From Bugula neritina (taxonomy: Eukaryota; Animalia; Bryozoa): 64,000 nt of DNA. The notes beneath the pieces were generated by a model that saw nothing but the letters and a program-made list of their open reading frames with translations, did not search any database and was not told the origin of the DNA. The position numbers and the translations under genes were made by a program. Where the stretch lies: positions 9,107,150 to 9,171,149 of the forward strand of contig OZ037772.1 of the NCBI GenBank assembly GCA_964035545.1, written 5' to 3'. Of this stretch, positions 25,629-50,697 are shown in pieces (position 1 is the first letter of the stretch; each line of letters starts with the position of its first letter).

Positions 25629-26806
25629 GATTTTTATTGGTGAATGATTCAAATTTAATAGATTTTTATTAGTGCTGAAATGAAAATGGGCATTTGTTTA
25701 GGGTTAGCTCTTTTGCAAAGAAGGAAAGATTTTACTTTCAGGAAGTGTATGATTATGAGGGTGGCCTGTTACCAGACAATGGTCAATCAGCTTCGGAACC
25801 ATCGGGTAGAAGCAGCAGTTCACCTTCTAAAGTGAATTTATCAGACTCAAACAGTTCTGACGTCATGTCTGCTCCAATAAAGAGAAAGAGATCAATTTCA
25901 ACATCTCCTAAAGAGTCAAGTTTCGAAGGTGTGTTGTGAATTTATGCTTTCACTAATTATGGGTATTTATAAAAGCTAAATCAACACTGCCGACTCGGAG
26001 TAAAGGCCTGGCCTCACAATCGTGAAAACCACACAAAATCGTGTGACCATTTTCGTGAGTTATCCTCTCATTATGACCAGCCACACACATAATAAATAGT
26101 CCGTGAATGAGTTTTGCACAAGATACGAGAAACAGAAAATTGCCAAATAGAGAAACATGGTGGAAATGAAATTATTACCATTGCTTAAATTCTCTTGACC
26201 AATCAAATAGTGCTTATTGTCGATTGTGATTTTTCATTTATCGTCATCATTGTGTACACCCAACAATGACAATTTTATTTGAATTCTCTCAAATTTTCTT
26301 GTACAAATATTTTTTCAAGTCAAATAGACGATTTCGATTTCGTGTGATTCTCACGATCGTAAGGCCAAGCCTTAAGAATATAGTTTATTTAGGCGAATGA
26401 TACAAGAATAACTATCAAGATACACAAGTAGGCCTATTACATAATTTCACAAGAGTATAAACACAACATAACTAGTCCACTGCTATCAAACAACTGTGCG
26501 CTATACGAGAGCGCGTTGTCAATCACCTTATCCAATTAGCCTCATCCCTATCGTGGACTATACATCCCATTGTTCCGAGTGCCAGTATATATGCTGCATA
26601 TAGACCTCCTCTGGTGCACGGTAGATAATAGAGCAATCAGACAAGGAGTTGCCTGTTCGATATAATTATATAAATTCCTTACAGGTGTAGCCAGCTCTTA
26701 TTCAGGAAAGAAAAGGAGAGGTGGCTCATTCAATAAACCAGCTGCGTCAAGCAGCGGTCTCGCAAAAGATGCTGCTAAGAAGCCTGAGAAAGATTCTGAT
26801 TCCTAA
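18935..26806 (+). CDS. FAM78: FAM78-like paralogue B (exons 18935-19038, 19685-19843, 20340-20482, 21822-21886, 23722-23905, 24343-24447, 25445-25572, 25742-25928, 26685-26806)
   Basis: WTIGWIQG, SNDSDGSSELPW, LTKVTRKDQFLLWLAIK, VLRTLRW, IPPNVLKFPRAN; Ser/Lys-rich tail; splice phases consistent. Confidence 0.85.
19258..19345 (-). repeat. tRNA-like repeat family 2 copy, diverged
   Basis: GGATTCAAACC...CTCGCAAGCAAGCGTTAACCATTACAC. Confidence 0.6.
20505..20699 (-). mobile_element. SINE family 1 copy
   Basis: Same consensus as 13890-14096. Confidence 0.85.
21904..22275. repeat. Family 2 composite: one full unit plus an inverted partial unit (hairpin)
   Basis: Left arm ~21904-22045 is reverse-complementary to ~22165-22275. 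Confidence 0.75.
22715..22933 (-). mobile_element. SINE family 1 copy
   Basis: Same consensus. Confidence 0.85.
24165..24340. repeat. ~36-bp tandem repeat (AATCTATACAATACAGTAATGGTATTGATATTGGGT)
   Basis: 4-5 degenerate copies running into the exon-6 acceptor of B. Confidence 0.8.
24506..24849. mobile_element. PIF/Harbinger-type MITE
   Basis: ~70-bp TIRs starting GCCTAGGGCCACA / TGTGGCCCTAGGC; TTA TSD at 24503-24505 and 24850-24852. Confidence 0.85.
25582..25624. repeat. (TA)n microsatellite
   Basis: Direct observation. Confidence 0.95.
25932..26683 (-). mobile_element. Putative solo LTR (~380 bp once the nested MITE is removed) forming intron 8 of paralogue B
   Basis: TGTTGTGAATTTAT...ATAAATTCCTTACA termini (TG..CA, imperfect inverted ends). 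GGTG TSD at 25928-25931 and 26684-26687. Minus-strand AATAAA at 26384-26389 and a TATA-like motif at ~26586. Confidence 0.7.
26004..26372. mobile_element. PIF/Harbinger-type MITE nested in the solo LTR
   Basis: TIRs AGGCCTGGCCTCACAATCGTGA / TCACGATCGTAAGGCCAAGCCT; TAA TSD at 26001-26003 and 26373-26375. Confidence 0.8.
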
Positions 26807-28146
26807 CAGTGAAAGGATGAAAAATCAAAAAATCCTTTCACTTGCTGTGTCTATACGAGCTTAATTAGTGCACAAATTGTTGCTGAAGTTCCAATTGCAG
26901 TTATTAATAACTGCTTTTGTTAAAATTTGTATTTAGACAGAATAAAAGCTCCTTCTATATATAATAGTTATTTAAATCTCAAAATCTTACATAGGTACCT
27001 AAAAATGTTTAAATAATTATGAAAACTTTTGAATAGAACAATAATTAATGACAAAAATCAATTTCTAAGACTTTGAGTGCTAAAATAGATTTATGTTTAA
27101 TATTGTAACGTTTTACAATCAATTTAAATCAAGTCATCCAAACTCCTACAGATACTGGGATAATCAAATATTAAAACTGTTTGCTCGGTGAAGCTGTAAA
27201 AACATCATTTTACATTACACTACGTAAAGCAATTCTTGGAAAAAAAAACTTTAGTGAAATTTCTTTGTTCTTTAAAACTCTGACTAAATTATTTTTCAAT
27301 TGTAGATATTTTTTATTACCAGCAAGATACTTTGTATACAGTTGATTTAGGTTGCTAGCGCATGTTTAATGCTAATATAATTTTAACAAGTATTTTCCAC
27401 TATAGTCTCAAATTATATTTATAGCAAATTTTGAAGATATAGTTAAAAGTTTATTTCCTAGCTATATATACTAAAATAAGTTGTTTATTTTGTAAAAAAA
27501 TAATTGATCTAGTTCAAGTTATTTATAAGCCATAGAATCATCTGAATCTTTTTTATCCTTTGCGTCAGTTGCAGATGTGTCAGTTGCAGATGTGTCAGTT
27601 GCAGATGTGTCAGTTGCAGATGTGTCAGTTGCAGATGTGTCAGTTGTCAGTTGCAGATGTGTCAGTTGCAGATGTGTCAGTCGCAGATGTGTCAGTTGCA
27701 GATGTGTCAGTTGTCAGTTGCAGATGTGTCAGTTGCAGATGTGTCAGTTGCAGATGTGTCAGTTGCAGATGTGTCAGTTGCAGATGTGTCAGTTGTCAGT
27801 TGCAGATGTGTCAGTTGCAGATGTGTCAGTTGCAGATGTGTCAGTTGCAGATGTGTCAGTTGCAGATGTGTCAGTTGTAGATGTGTCAGTTGCAGATGTG
27901 TCAGTTGTCAGTTGCAGATGTGTCAGTTGCAGATGTGTCAGTTGCAGATGCGTCAGTTGTCAGTTGCAGATGTGTCAGTTGCAGATGTGTCAGTTGCAGA
28001 TGTGTCAGTTGCAGATGTGTCAGTTGTAGATGTGTCAGTTGCAGATGTGTCAGTTGTCAGTTGCAGATGTGTCAGTTGCAGATGTGTCAGTTGCAGATGT
28101 GTCAGTTGCAGATGTGTCAGTTGCAGATGTGTCAGTTGCAGATGCG

Positions 28147-35093
<6,947 letters not shown>

Positions 35094-35392
35094 TATGAAA
35101 ATTCACATGACATGTGAGTTCCTATTTTTTTTTATTTAGCTCTAAATTATATTGAGCTGGATAAAAATATTTTTTGGCAATTTCAAATATTTTAGAATTA
35201 CAAAGTTGTAAATAACTATAAATATGATTAAAAACTGCTGTTATAATATTTTTATTGGTTATGGTTCAGTGTAAGCTAGAATAACTGTGAGAATATTTAA
35301 CTCTTGAAGTTATACTGGCATAGACTATACACTATAACTGCATGCTTTACTGAGCAAACGTTAACTAATATAGTATAATATAATAATACAAC

Positions 35393-37179
35393 CAGGGATG
35401 TAGTGGTACCCATACGGTCCCATACGCCGTATGGCCTAGAAGAAAATAGGCTGTTCTTGGCCATACGCCCGTATGGGCATATTTTTTTTGAAAGTGTTAC
35501 TGATTAGTGCACAGGATAGTTAGGGCATCCTCACTGAGAACATCATAAATTTTGCTCACAATCTAGTTTAAGTTCTTGTTATGTTAATGCTATGTGGGTG
35601 GCATGCGTGTTGCCTACTTGTGATTGTTTAGCCTGAGATTACACTATGAATAATAAGCAGCTATCAACATTCCATCTTCTCATCTCTAGGTATTCACTGA
35701 AGCGCGAAGTGCTGCGCATTAGTGATTACTAAGGAAAAAATATTTCATTTTCAGTGTATAAATCACTAATTTGTAGAAAATCTATGAAGGCTATTGAAAA
35801 GATAAAAAAATTTGCTATGCATAAATTTCTCAGGTTTTCGACAGTGTTTGTTTTATTCGAATGCTATGCTTTCCTGCTGAGATATTTGGCAGGGATTGAA
35901 AAATAAACTTTTCAGGTAAAATTTGGCCAAAATAGTAGATTTTTGTCTATAACCTTGCAAAAAAAATATTGAAAATTCGAAAAATCAGGTGCTCTGAGGA
36001 ACAGGGAGATCTAAAACATAGTTTTTAAATTTTAATTCTAGCACAATTAAGTATGGTTTTATTTGGCAGGACTGAATTCTTATAATATACCAATAATGTG
36101 GCCTCAGCAAGGCAGTGTCAGCTAGAAAGTTGCCATTATTTATCTTGTGTGGACTTGCATTTTGTCAATAAGCAATGAAATTTGGAAAAAAAACCAACAT
36201 GAAATCCAGAAATAAAATCAAAATGTCTTCAGGAAACAGTACCAGGTGTGTAGGAGAGGTTAATGAAAATTTATCACTGAGGTCTACAGGTACTATATCC
36301 ACATTTTGGTTGCGTTATTCCATGTTAATTATCAATGCAATGAGGTTTTGCAAACTGTACACCACCATAAGTAACCTTTTATGTTTGATTGTACCAACGT
36401 CTGGCTTTACATTTAATCATCTTCTAGGTTAACACATATTGAACCTGTCAAATTTGTTCTTTTGGGTATATTTCCTCGATGTGTCTAGTGGAAGCTCAGG
36501 GGTTTTACTTTAAAACCAAGTTAACATACTCTTCTTTGGTGTGCTTTATTGTGTGCAAGGAGGTGCGGTGGTATCTCCTTATGGATTAGACTAGTATACT
36601 CTAATAAACTCCAACTAGGTTTTCAACCAATTTCTGCTTGCCAATGAGTTATCAATTCAAATTGCTCTTTATAAATAACCAACACACATTTTCTGATTTG
36701 CAATCTTCCTCTGTTCTGTTCTATAATTCTTTTTCTGTGCACGTCAGTGTATTAGTTATTTGAAGTAATCAGGTTACATTTGGAGAGCACTTGTTACCTG
36801 TCTCTATCCTTCCATCTTTTTGAGATCTTCAGCAATTTTTCTGTACAGGTTGGACTTAGTGTCAGTTGAGTAAGACTTCATTTAAAATTACAGTCAACAG
36901 GTATGGGACAATACTGAATATTTATATAGTTTGCAGCAATGCCCAGTGGTCATGTAGCTGGTATGGTATGAAAATAATAGTGAGGTGCACATTTCAACAC
37001 AGATTTTTTCAGAAGAATTAGAATTCACAATGGCTTTAAATTGCATAAATTTGCATCAGAAGCGCTCTGAGGGCTTCGGCGGCCGGGGCGCTACCCCGGA
37101 CCCCGCCGGGGGCCTGGGCGGCCCCCTGGACCCCCGGCCTGAGAGTATGGCCTAGAATATTTTTGCCACTACATCCCTG
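35393..37179. mobile_element. Non-autonomous hAT DNA transposon (1787 bp)
   Basis: 14-bp TIR CAGGGATGTAGTGG / CCACTACATCCCTG; perfect 8-bp TSD AATACAAC (35385-35392, 37180-37187); subterminal GTATGGCCTAGAA repeats; no intact transposase seen. Confidence 0.9.
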
Positions 37180-37343
37180 AATACAACTACTTAAGTGCAA
37201 ATTGGGAACTTTAACCAAAGTTACTCAAATAATACAATATTTCAATGAACAAGTCTATCAATTAATATTATCATCAACAGTTTATAATTGTAGTAGTATT
37301 TCTCATGTAATACTGGAATAGGATTTAGACATTGATATGAAAC

Positions 37344-37752
37344 AACATTGGCAATAGGTGTATAGTTTATATAATAGGTGTGGATATAGGTATATATAGA
37401 GGTATATGGATAATTATTATTTAAGTATAATTATAGGTACATATATTATAGATGTTATACGTGTGTAGGTATTATAGTTGTAGGTATTATAAGTGTAGGT
37501 GTATAAGTATTATAGGTGTAGGTGTATAGGTAATATATGTGTAGGTATTATAATGTAGGTGTTATACATGTGTAGGTATTATAGGTGTAGGTATTATAGT
37601 TGTAGGTATATATGACTCATTATTGTAGTTATATATAGCCATATATATTATATAAGGCATTATACAAGAGATAGTAATGAAATAATTTTGCAGTTGCACA
37701 CGATTTAGGTAGAGTTGTTGAAGAAAATTAGTAAAATAATATTTAATAGCCA
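37344..37752. repeat. Arm 1 of a long inverted repeat (partner 38900-39160), including a TAGGTG/TA-rich subrepeat
   Basis: GCAGTTGCACACGATTTAGGTAGAGTTGTTGAA versus TTCAACAACTCTACCTAAATCGTGTGCAACTGC, and flanking matches. Confidence 0.85.
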
Positions 37753-37862
37753 TTAATCTATTTTCTAATTTCATACATAAGATATGTAATGAACAAAAAA
37801 TCCCATTATGTTAGACAATTTATTGCAGATGAGAGAAGCTCCTTAAGGATCTCTCCTCTCGG

Positions 37863-43231
<5,369 letters not shown>

Positions 43232-44140
43232 CTTTGTAGGATTTATTAATCAGCTCTAAAAACTAGGAAAATGATATGTTTTATTATAACTATTAACCAA
43301 AATGATGAACAATAATAAATTCTAACAATAATATAATTGTAAAGCAAACTGCAAGAACTATGCAAACTATTTTGAAATCACAAAACAGTTGTGCATATTT
43401 AGTTTTATTGTGAGCATGTTGGCTGCAAATAAACATGTTGAAGCTCTTAAAACATTTTATGTTTAGCAATCCACCAAATTGCAATATGTCAGACAAGTGG
43501 TTTTGAGAAACATGACAATTTTGAGTTTGAAAAAGTTTTGGTTCACATGATTATTATTAGCAAAAACGTAAAAAAAGCTATAAAATATTTGAAAATTACT
43601 TTCACTTCTTATATAGTATATTTTAAGAACATTGAGTTAATAATTTCCTATTATGCCTTTGGTGCAGTATTTCAGACTGTTGAGCATGATCAGTACTAAT
43701 TTTGTTGTATTAATTGACTTTTAAGACCTGCATTCATCTACTCTAAGTGTATATGGTGTATAGCCGAATGCATTATCTGCTGCACTGTTTACCATATGTG
43801 TAATATAGTGCTTATTTGTTATACAATCCATGTTTATTGTATTGAATGGCAATACATAACAATACTATCAAGAATGTTTAATAATATTTTGCAGAAATTA
43901 ATCAGTGAAATCCAACCCCATTAGTAATATTATAGACTTCGCCTTTAACCAAACTTATGTTTAATATATAAAATACTCTTATATGTTGTTAGTATAATAT
44001 ATAATAATTTGTAGAGTGCTACTAGTTTTGGTTAAAAAATAATGACATCAAAAGCTCCAAGTGTTTTCAGCCGCATCCTGAATTGCTCTCATCTGTCTGC
44101 AACAAGATTTATATTTTAATTCTTGCTAGTTGGTATCTTT

Positions 44141-47100
44141 TTAGTTTCCAGCATCACTATTTTCTGTGTCCGCTTTTTCAGGCGCATCACCAGCAGCTGT
44201 CTGATTGGACGGAGGTTTGGTAGCCGAAGTTAGAGTTGTCCCCTCGTCACTCGAGTCGGAAGATTGAGAAGGTGTCGTCTCCTCTTCGTAACTGGTGTAG
44301 TCTCCAGGTGGCTCAACAAGAACCTAAAGTCAGCTTAGAAAAGTCAGCACCAGGGTTAATGGGTGTAAAGTAAACATAATACCAAGAAGTTTTGATACAA
44401 ATAATTATATGGCATATGATTTTATGAACTTGGCAATAATTTATGCTGCCTATAAAAAGAACAAAACTACCCGTTAATTTTTCTAAATTTTCAACAGAGT
44501 ATATTTTATTTCAATGAATTTAACGGAAATTAGAATATTTGATTCAATAATATTGAAGCAAATTACATTAATTTCTATTACATTCTTTATTTATTAATGC
44601 AATATTCTTTGCAAATTTATTGCAATACAAATTTGCATGTACTTGTGCATTTGGTATATGCAGGGATGAAGTTATGTATAATATACATAAAATCAAATAA
44701 TTATATTTTTACTTGAGGTTTAACGTACTCGGTATATAATAATACTTATACATACAATTGGAGCTACCCATATTTCAACTACAATTTGTTCTCATAGTAT
44801 ATCACAATACTATGTTTTAGGGATGAAGTTATACATACAATTGGAGCAACCCCTTCATCAGATGAGTAGAACACAAGTTTCTGAGACCCGGTAACAGTTG
44901 GACCATTCAACACGCAGTCTGGAATTTCTACGTTGTCATCCAGTATTTCTGGTTGTTCAGGATCATCTATACAAATGATTATAACTTCAAATATTTTTAT
45001 ACGAACAATTATAATTTTTGTCAGACTATTTTTTCAGAAGAATATTATTCTATAAATTATAGGATAAATTTAAATGAGGCACAGGATCAATCGTGACTGG
45101 ATGCTCTTCTTAACATCACCAATGACTTTTGTCCAGGCTCAAACCCATGACCTCTTGTTTACTAGGCAAATGCTTTAACCCCTAAATCAAGGCTGCTGCT
45201 TTGATTGAGTTTAGAAAAGCGTAATAGCATTTTAATCACCTAAGAAATATGTTTTTAAGTTATACATTATAACATATTTTCTATTTGCTAAAGGTAATAT
45301 TTTAAAGTTTTTGAGTGAACCAATAAACATTAAAATTCTACTTATTAAACGATTAAAAGTATATAGCCATAAAGTAAGTAAAATGTTACTGATTGAATTA
45401 AACAGATAGTTCTGGCAGCATGATGTCATAGAATGCTGCCTGACTGAGTTCTGTCATAGATTCATTTTTAAATACCTGGAGTCAGAAATTTGATTTTCAA
45501 CTCTGCAGGTGCGTTTGGGAAATAGTCAAACTCCATGTGTGTCATCCATTGAATAGTTTTAATAGGATAAATTTTCTCTAAAATAAAATAATTTAAAAAC
45601 TTAGTTAATTGTATACGTTATGAAAAGCTATAAACATTATTAGTATGTTAATGTTTGTAAAGTTTAATTTGGGTTACTTTAAAAGACTATATATGCAAAT
45701 TAAACTATATGAGAGACAACTTTTATACATGCAAATACATATCGTGAATAAGTATACCTGTGCTAAGGCACTTCATTGCTAGCCAGGTAAGAAATTTATC
45801 TTTCCGAACAACTCTGTTTAGAGTGGGACTGTGTATCTCAGGGAGGTGTAAAGGAGCATATAAGCAAACGTTGCATGATAGGTGGTCGGCCATGTTTACT
45901 TTCACAGTCGTCTCTGCTTCTGTCGGTCCACAAACTGTTTTCAACTAAAATGAGTATAGAATCAGAAATTTATATGAGCAGCATGCATGTTTAATTGCCT
46001 TTAAAAGAACTCACGAAAGTCTATAGTGTCTATCCCTGTGAGAAAACCCCTGATGGAAAGGGTTTTTGTTAAAGCGAGCTAGGGACTTATTTAAATGAGA
46101 CACAAGAGTAATTATGACTGGATGCTCTTCCTAACATAACCAATGGCCTTTGTCCGGGCTCAAACCCATGACCTCCGTGCTTACTAAGCAAATGCTTTAA
46201 CCCCTAAACCAAGGCTGCTGTTTGATTGCGTTTCGAAAAGGGTAATAACATTTGCATTATAAGCTATTTTCTATTTGCTAAAGGTAGTATTTTAAAGTTT
46301 TTGAGTGAACCGATAAATCGTTGTGAAAATCGTTAAAAGCCTGCTCTGTACATTGTACATATGTTTCTGTTATTTTAAAAAAAATATAAATACATCAATT
46401 ATTTACAAAAGAAATACTCTTATATAAGTTGCTCAATTACATTCTTTGTTTTGTTGTTAAGAAATTGCAGCTGTTATAATCAAATTGAATTTTTGCTCAG
46501 TTTTGTGATTTTATTAGTGTTAATAACTTCTATATATATATATAATTCAATAAATTTTATGAAAAGAGTTAAAAGTATAAAGTAAATAATATACAGAGTA
46601 ATTTAAGTTATTCTTGTTGACGGACATCAAACAATTTTTAGTACATAAAAGCCTGCAGCTTAATTGAAATCTTCGCTTTACACTAAATTCACTTTTAGAT
46701 CAATTTATAAATTGCATTGAGATATAAAAATTAAGCATGAATAAACTCTTACGATGATCATATATTGCTATAAAATATTTACTAAAAACTAAGTTTTTAA
46801 TTCCAAAAGAACTGCAAAATATTTTACACTCTTACTCGATGACTGGTGACTGTATACCAAGGCATGGCGTAGTTTGCAAAGCTGTCGCTCATCATGGGCT
46901 GTTCACCTGAAAAATTAACCAATAAGGTAATTCTTGGAGTTATGCAAATTGCATGCACTAATTAAATCACAGTGAACATGTCAGGAAAACAAAATGATCA
47001 TAATAGTGATATATATAAGAGAGTGAAATAATCTGAAACTATCAGCAAACAGGTGAAGGTGACTCCAAATATAAATTTGAGTCATAAGTCTATTTTTAAC

Positions 47101-50082
47101 TTTTACAGAACGTCAAAAGCTAGTCTGTGACACAAAAGATACTTGTTTGAGTAACATTTGTTGAGTGATCACTTTATTTTCTGTTACTTAAATAATATTT
47201 ATTACGCATAATTTTTTTTGGTGGACAAATAATAGAGTATAGTTTATAATGCAAAGTTATTTTAATGAAAGGACTTCAACAAATATTGCATTTAAAATTA
47301 AATTAACTCAAAAATTGGATAAAGCGGTTTAATAGTATATACAGTTACACAACTGTGATCAACAAAAGCATAGCATAAAATTAAGTATTCCACTTACTAA
47401 TGTGTACATAAAATTATTTTCAACTTACCAATAATAGCTAATTATAAGGTTATTATTAACTTATGCAATTATTTTATCAACTCAGCAGTAAATAATATTT
47501 TTTTAGTAACCTGAGTCAAGATTAGGAACTTCCCAGACAGATTTCCCGTGTTCTGAGTGATGCAATACAAAAGATGATTCTGTCATAGCCTGAATCCAAC
47601 CTACAGACCAGATCTCAGATTCTTCTAGAACTGGCAACTTTACCGTAGCCTCAGCTCTAGAAGAAATTAGTCAGTTATCATATAAATGAGCAGAGCATAT
47701 AGCAAACTCTGATAATTCCTGGCTATTGCATATGATTAAAGTAAGTTTATATATAAAATTTTGATATACTTCAACTACTTGTCTAAAAACTTAAGGAGCA
47801 GCCTTGGTCTAGGGGTTAAAGCGTTTGTTTAGTGAACACCGAGTCATGGGTTCAAACCCTGACAAAGGCCATTGGTGATGTTAGGAAGAGCATCCAGTCA
47901 TAATTGCTCCTGTGCCTCATCTGAATAAGTCCTTAGCCTGATTTAACAAAAACCCTTTCTATCAGGGTTTTCTCACAGGGATAGTGACTATAAACTTGTG
48001 TGAAAGTATTAAAAACTTTCTGGAATGTCTTTAATTGTTATAAATTATAATATGAATAAATTTCTTTTTTTATTTTTTACCAGTAGACACACCACTGATC
48101 AAGAGTATGCACAATTTTTACTATATTATACTACATATTATGAGGAATAAAGTAAAATATTATATATAAATATATATTATGATATAATATAATATACAGT
48201 ATATTATAATAGTGTCATATAATGTAATTTATTATTATGTAAAAATATATAGTATAATATGATATAATATAATATAACATAACATAATGAAAATTATTTG
48301 AAAACTACAGTAATTATCTCAAGCAGTATATTAGTATGAGTAGCAGTTAGTCTAATTGGGTTATCTGGATGCCAAATGTTTTCTTCCCAGCTGCTGATTG
48401 GTCGAGGCAAATACATACCTGAAAGCTGGATGACTTATCTCAAGGTTCACAGAGCTCTTCTGACTCACCACTGACTGCTGTTTGTCTATTGTAGCTTTTA
48501 ATCCAACATTTATTGCTTTTATTTCTTCTTCAGTAATAGGCTGCAGCTTGTTTTGTGTTGTTACAAAATTCTTTCTGCAAGAAATAACGAAAACTTACTT
48601 TTACTAACTTTCTTACTTTTTAAGACATACGTATAAGAATATCTGTGGTCTAGGGGTTAAATCGCTGCTTAGTAAGCACCAAGTCACGGGTTTGAACATG
48701 AAAAAGGTCAGCATTGGTGATGTTAGGAAGAGCATCCAGTCATATTTTTTCTTGTGCTCCATTTAAATAAGATCTTAGACCAATTTAACAAAAGCCTCTT
48801 CTATTCGAAATCTAATTGACCTTTTTGTTTTCTTTAAAAATCAAAATATAAGATTGAAGAGTTATCGAAAGTGTTACATAACAAATGTTTCAAGCTTTTT
48901 AATATTGCAGAAGCTGCCTAATAATTGATGATCTGCAAATTGATGCAAGTTATAAGCAGATAAGTTCAAATAAATTCCAATTATCTTTCTTTTTACAGTT
49001 TGCATTTTTATAGTATTATTAAAATATGTAGATATAAGAGCAGTTCAGAAAAAGTATTGGGATTTTTAAAGCAAAATGCTTTTTTGCTGTCACAACATTT
49101 ACAAAAGCATGAACCTGGGATAATGATTTTAATGATGTTTTATTTCAATTTTATTGAATCTTGGTTTTTAAAGAAAACATGCATTATATATTTCCCAATG
49201 AATAAATTTTGCTAATTAATATAACGTTTACTACAACAATCTGAATAACCAAAAACCGTTAAAACAAAAACGTTTGTGATTATATACAGCTCTAAATTTT
49301 GATGTATAGCTTGCAGTATTAATTAGTCTAGTATAATAGTTTATAGTAGTGTGTATCACATAATTGGAAAAATACCCTATAAAGTCTTTACTTCAAATTC
49401 TCAAGACTTGATTTTGAAAGTGCATACAGTTGTAGAGTTTAATGCTCATTTACCAAGTCAGAGAGGTTTGATTTCAACTTCATTTCTAGCGTATAACCAG
49501 GAATCAATCAGCAAACAATGGTTTATACCAACCTTTACCAACCTTGTGGGTCTATGCCTAGTAGATTACTGATTAATATTTGTATTCACCATATGCTTGC
49601 TATAATAAATAGCTCAAAGCAAAGGTTATTCCTTAGTGCAGGGGCTTAACAGCTATAAGCAGTAGTGAGTTATATATAGCTGAATTATGTTGAGTCATTC
49701 TAGCTTTGAAATTAAATTAGCAATAAGAACTAATAGTGGACCAGCCACAAACCTGCAGGCCTGGATGAAGTGCAGTTCTCAAGCCCTGTCTAGTTCAAAA
49801 AACTTTTATTTACCCTATGTAAGACTTGAAAACGTATTATGTCTTGCCATAGTGCTTAAGACATAGGCCTATTCATCAGACATTACATTAAACTATAATA
49901 GCCTATATAACTATATTATATTCTGAGTAGAAAATGCTCTTAGATTTTTTGTTTTACCTGTGAGATGTAGTCAATGGAAAACATTTTCTATTTGAGAAGA
50001 ATAGTTGAGAGGAAAAGTTCCTTTGTATGAGTTTGTAGTAAATAGGAAAGTTGTGAGTTGAAGCTATTATCAAATTCCTCAT
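44141..50082 (-). CDS. FAM78: FAM78-like paralogue E (exons 50082-49958, 48574-48419, 47656-47511, 46906-46836, 45944-45758, 45577-45476, 44966-44839, 44323-44141)
   Basis: Most canonical copy: PAFRAEATVKLP, WSVGWIQA, GKSVWEVPNL, MSDS...MPWY, TVCGPT, VNMADH, RKDKFLTWLAMK, IKTIQW, EQPEIL...IPDCVLNGP, VLVEPP. Confidence 0.9.
45065..45198 (-). mobile_element. SINE family 1 copy, partial
   Basis: Same consensus; shares its flank with the copy at 46010-46220. Confidence 0.8.
46010..46220 (-). mobile_element. SINE family 1 copy
   Basis: Same consensus. Confidence 0.85.
47795..48003 (+). mobile_element. SINE family 1 copy, full length
   Basis: GGAGCAGCCTTGGTCTAGGGGTTAAAGCG...GGGTTCAAACCC...CAGGGATAGTGACTATAAACTTG. 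Confidence 0.88.
48645..48800 (+). mobile_element. SINE family 1 copy, diverged
   Basis: Same consensus. Confidence 0.75.
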
Positions 50083-50324
50083 TGTGGAAATACTATCTGT
50101 CACGTATTTACTTAGTTGAACTAATTCTTTTGGCATTAGCTAAAAAGAGTATTTCTAAGAGAACTTCAAAACTAATATGCCTGGTATACAACAATGCTCT
50201 TGAATTTAAATTCCGGAATCAATCAATTATCACATTTTTATAGTAACAGAAAATGTTTACCTCTCTAACTGTTATAACATACTAAAATGATTGTATTTAC
50301 TTTAAAAAAAATATAAACGCTAAT

Positions 50325-50697
50325 CATTATAACCATTCTAACCATTATAACCACTACAACCACTATAACCATTATAACCATTATAACCATTATAACCACT
50401 ATAACCATTATAACCACTATAACCACTATAACCACTATAACCATTCTAACCACTATAACCATTATAACCACTATAACCACTATAACCATTATAACCACTA
50501 TAACCACTATAACCATTATAACCACTATAACCACTATAACCATTATAACCATTATAACCATTATAACCACTATAACCATTATAACCATTATAACCCTTAT
50601 AACCACTATAACTATTATAACCACTATAACCACTATAAACACTATAACTATTATAACCATTATAACCACTATAACTCCTATAACCATTATAACCACT
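50325..50697. repeat. 9-bp minisatellite (ATAACCAYT)n
   Basis: Direct observation; ~250 bp upstream of the start codon of E. Confidence 0.95.

Noticed and set aside
25694-25741. Upstream acceptors for exon 8 of B (25702 or 25708)
   Set aside because: They give immediate or early stops. The acceptor at 25741 has a better pyrimidine tract and gives EVY..., matching paralogue C.
36100-36900. Transposase inside the hAT element
   Set aside because: Many stops in the frame I read, no long ORF in the six-frame track, and no recognisable BED, DDE or dimerisation motif.
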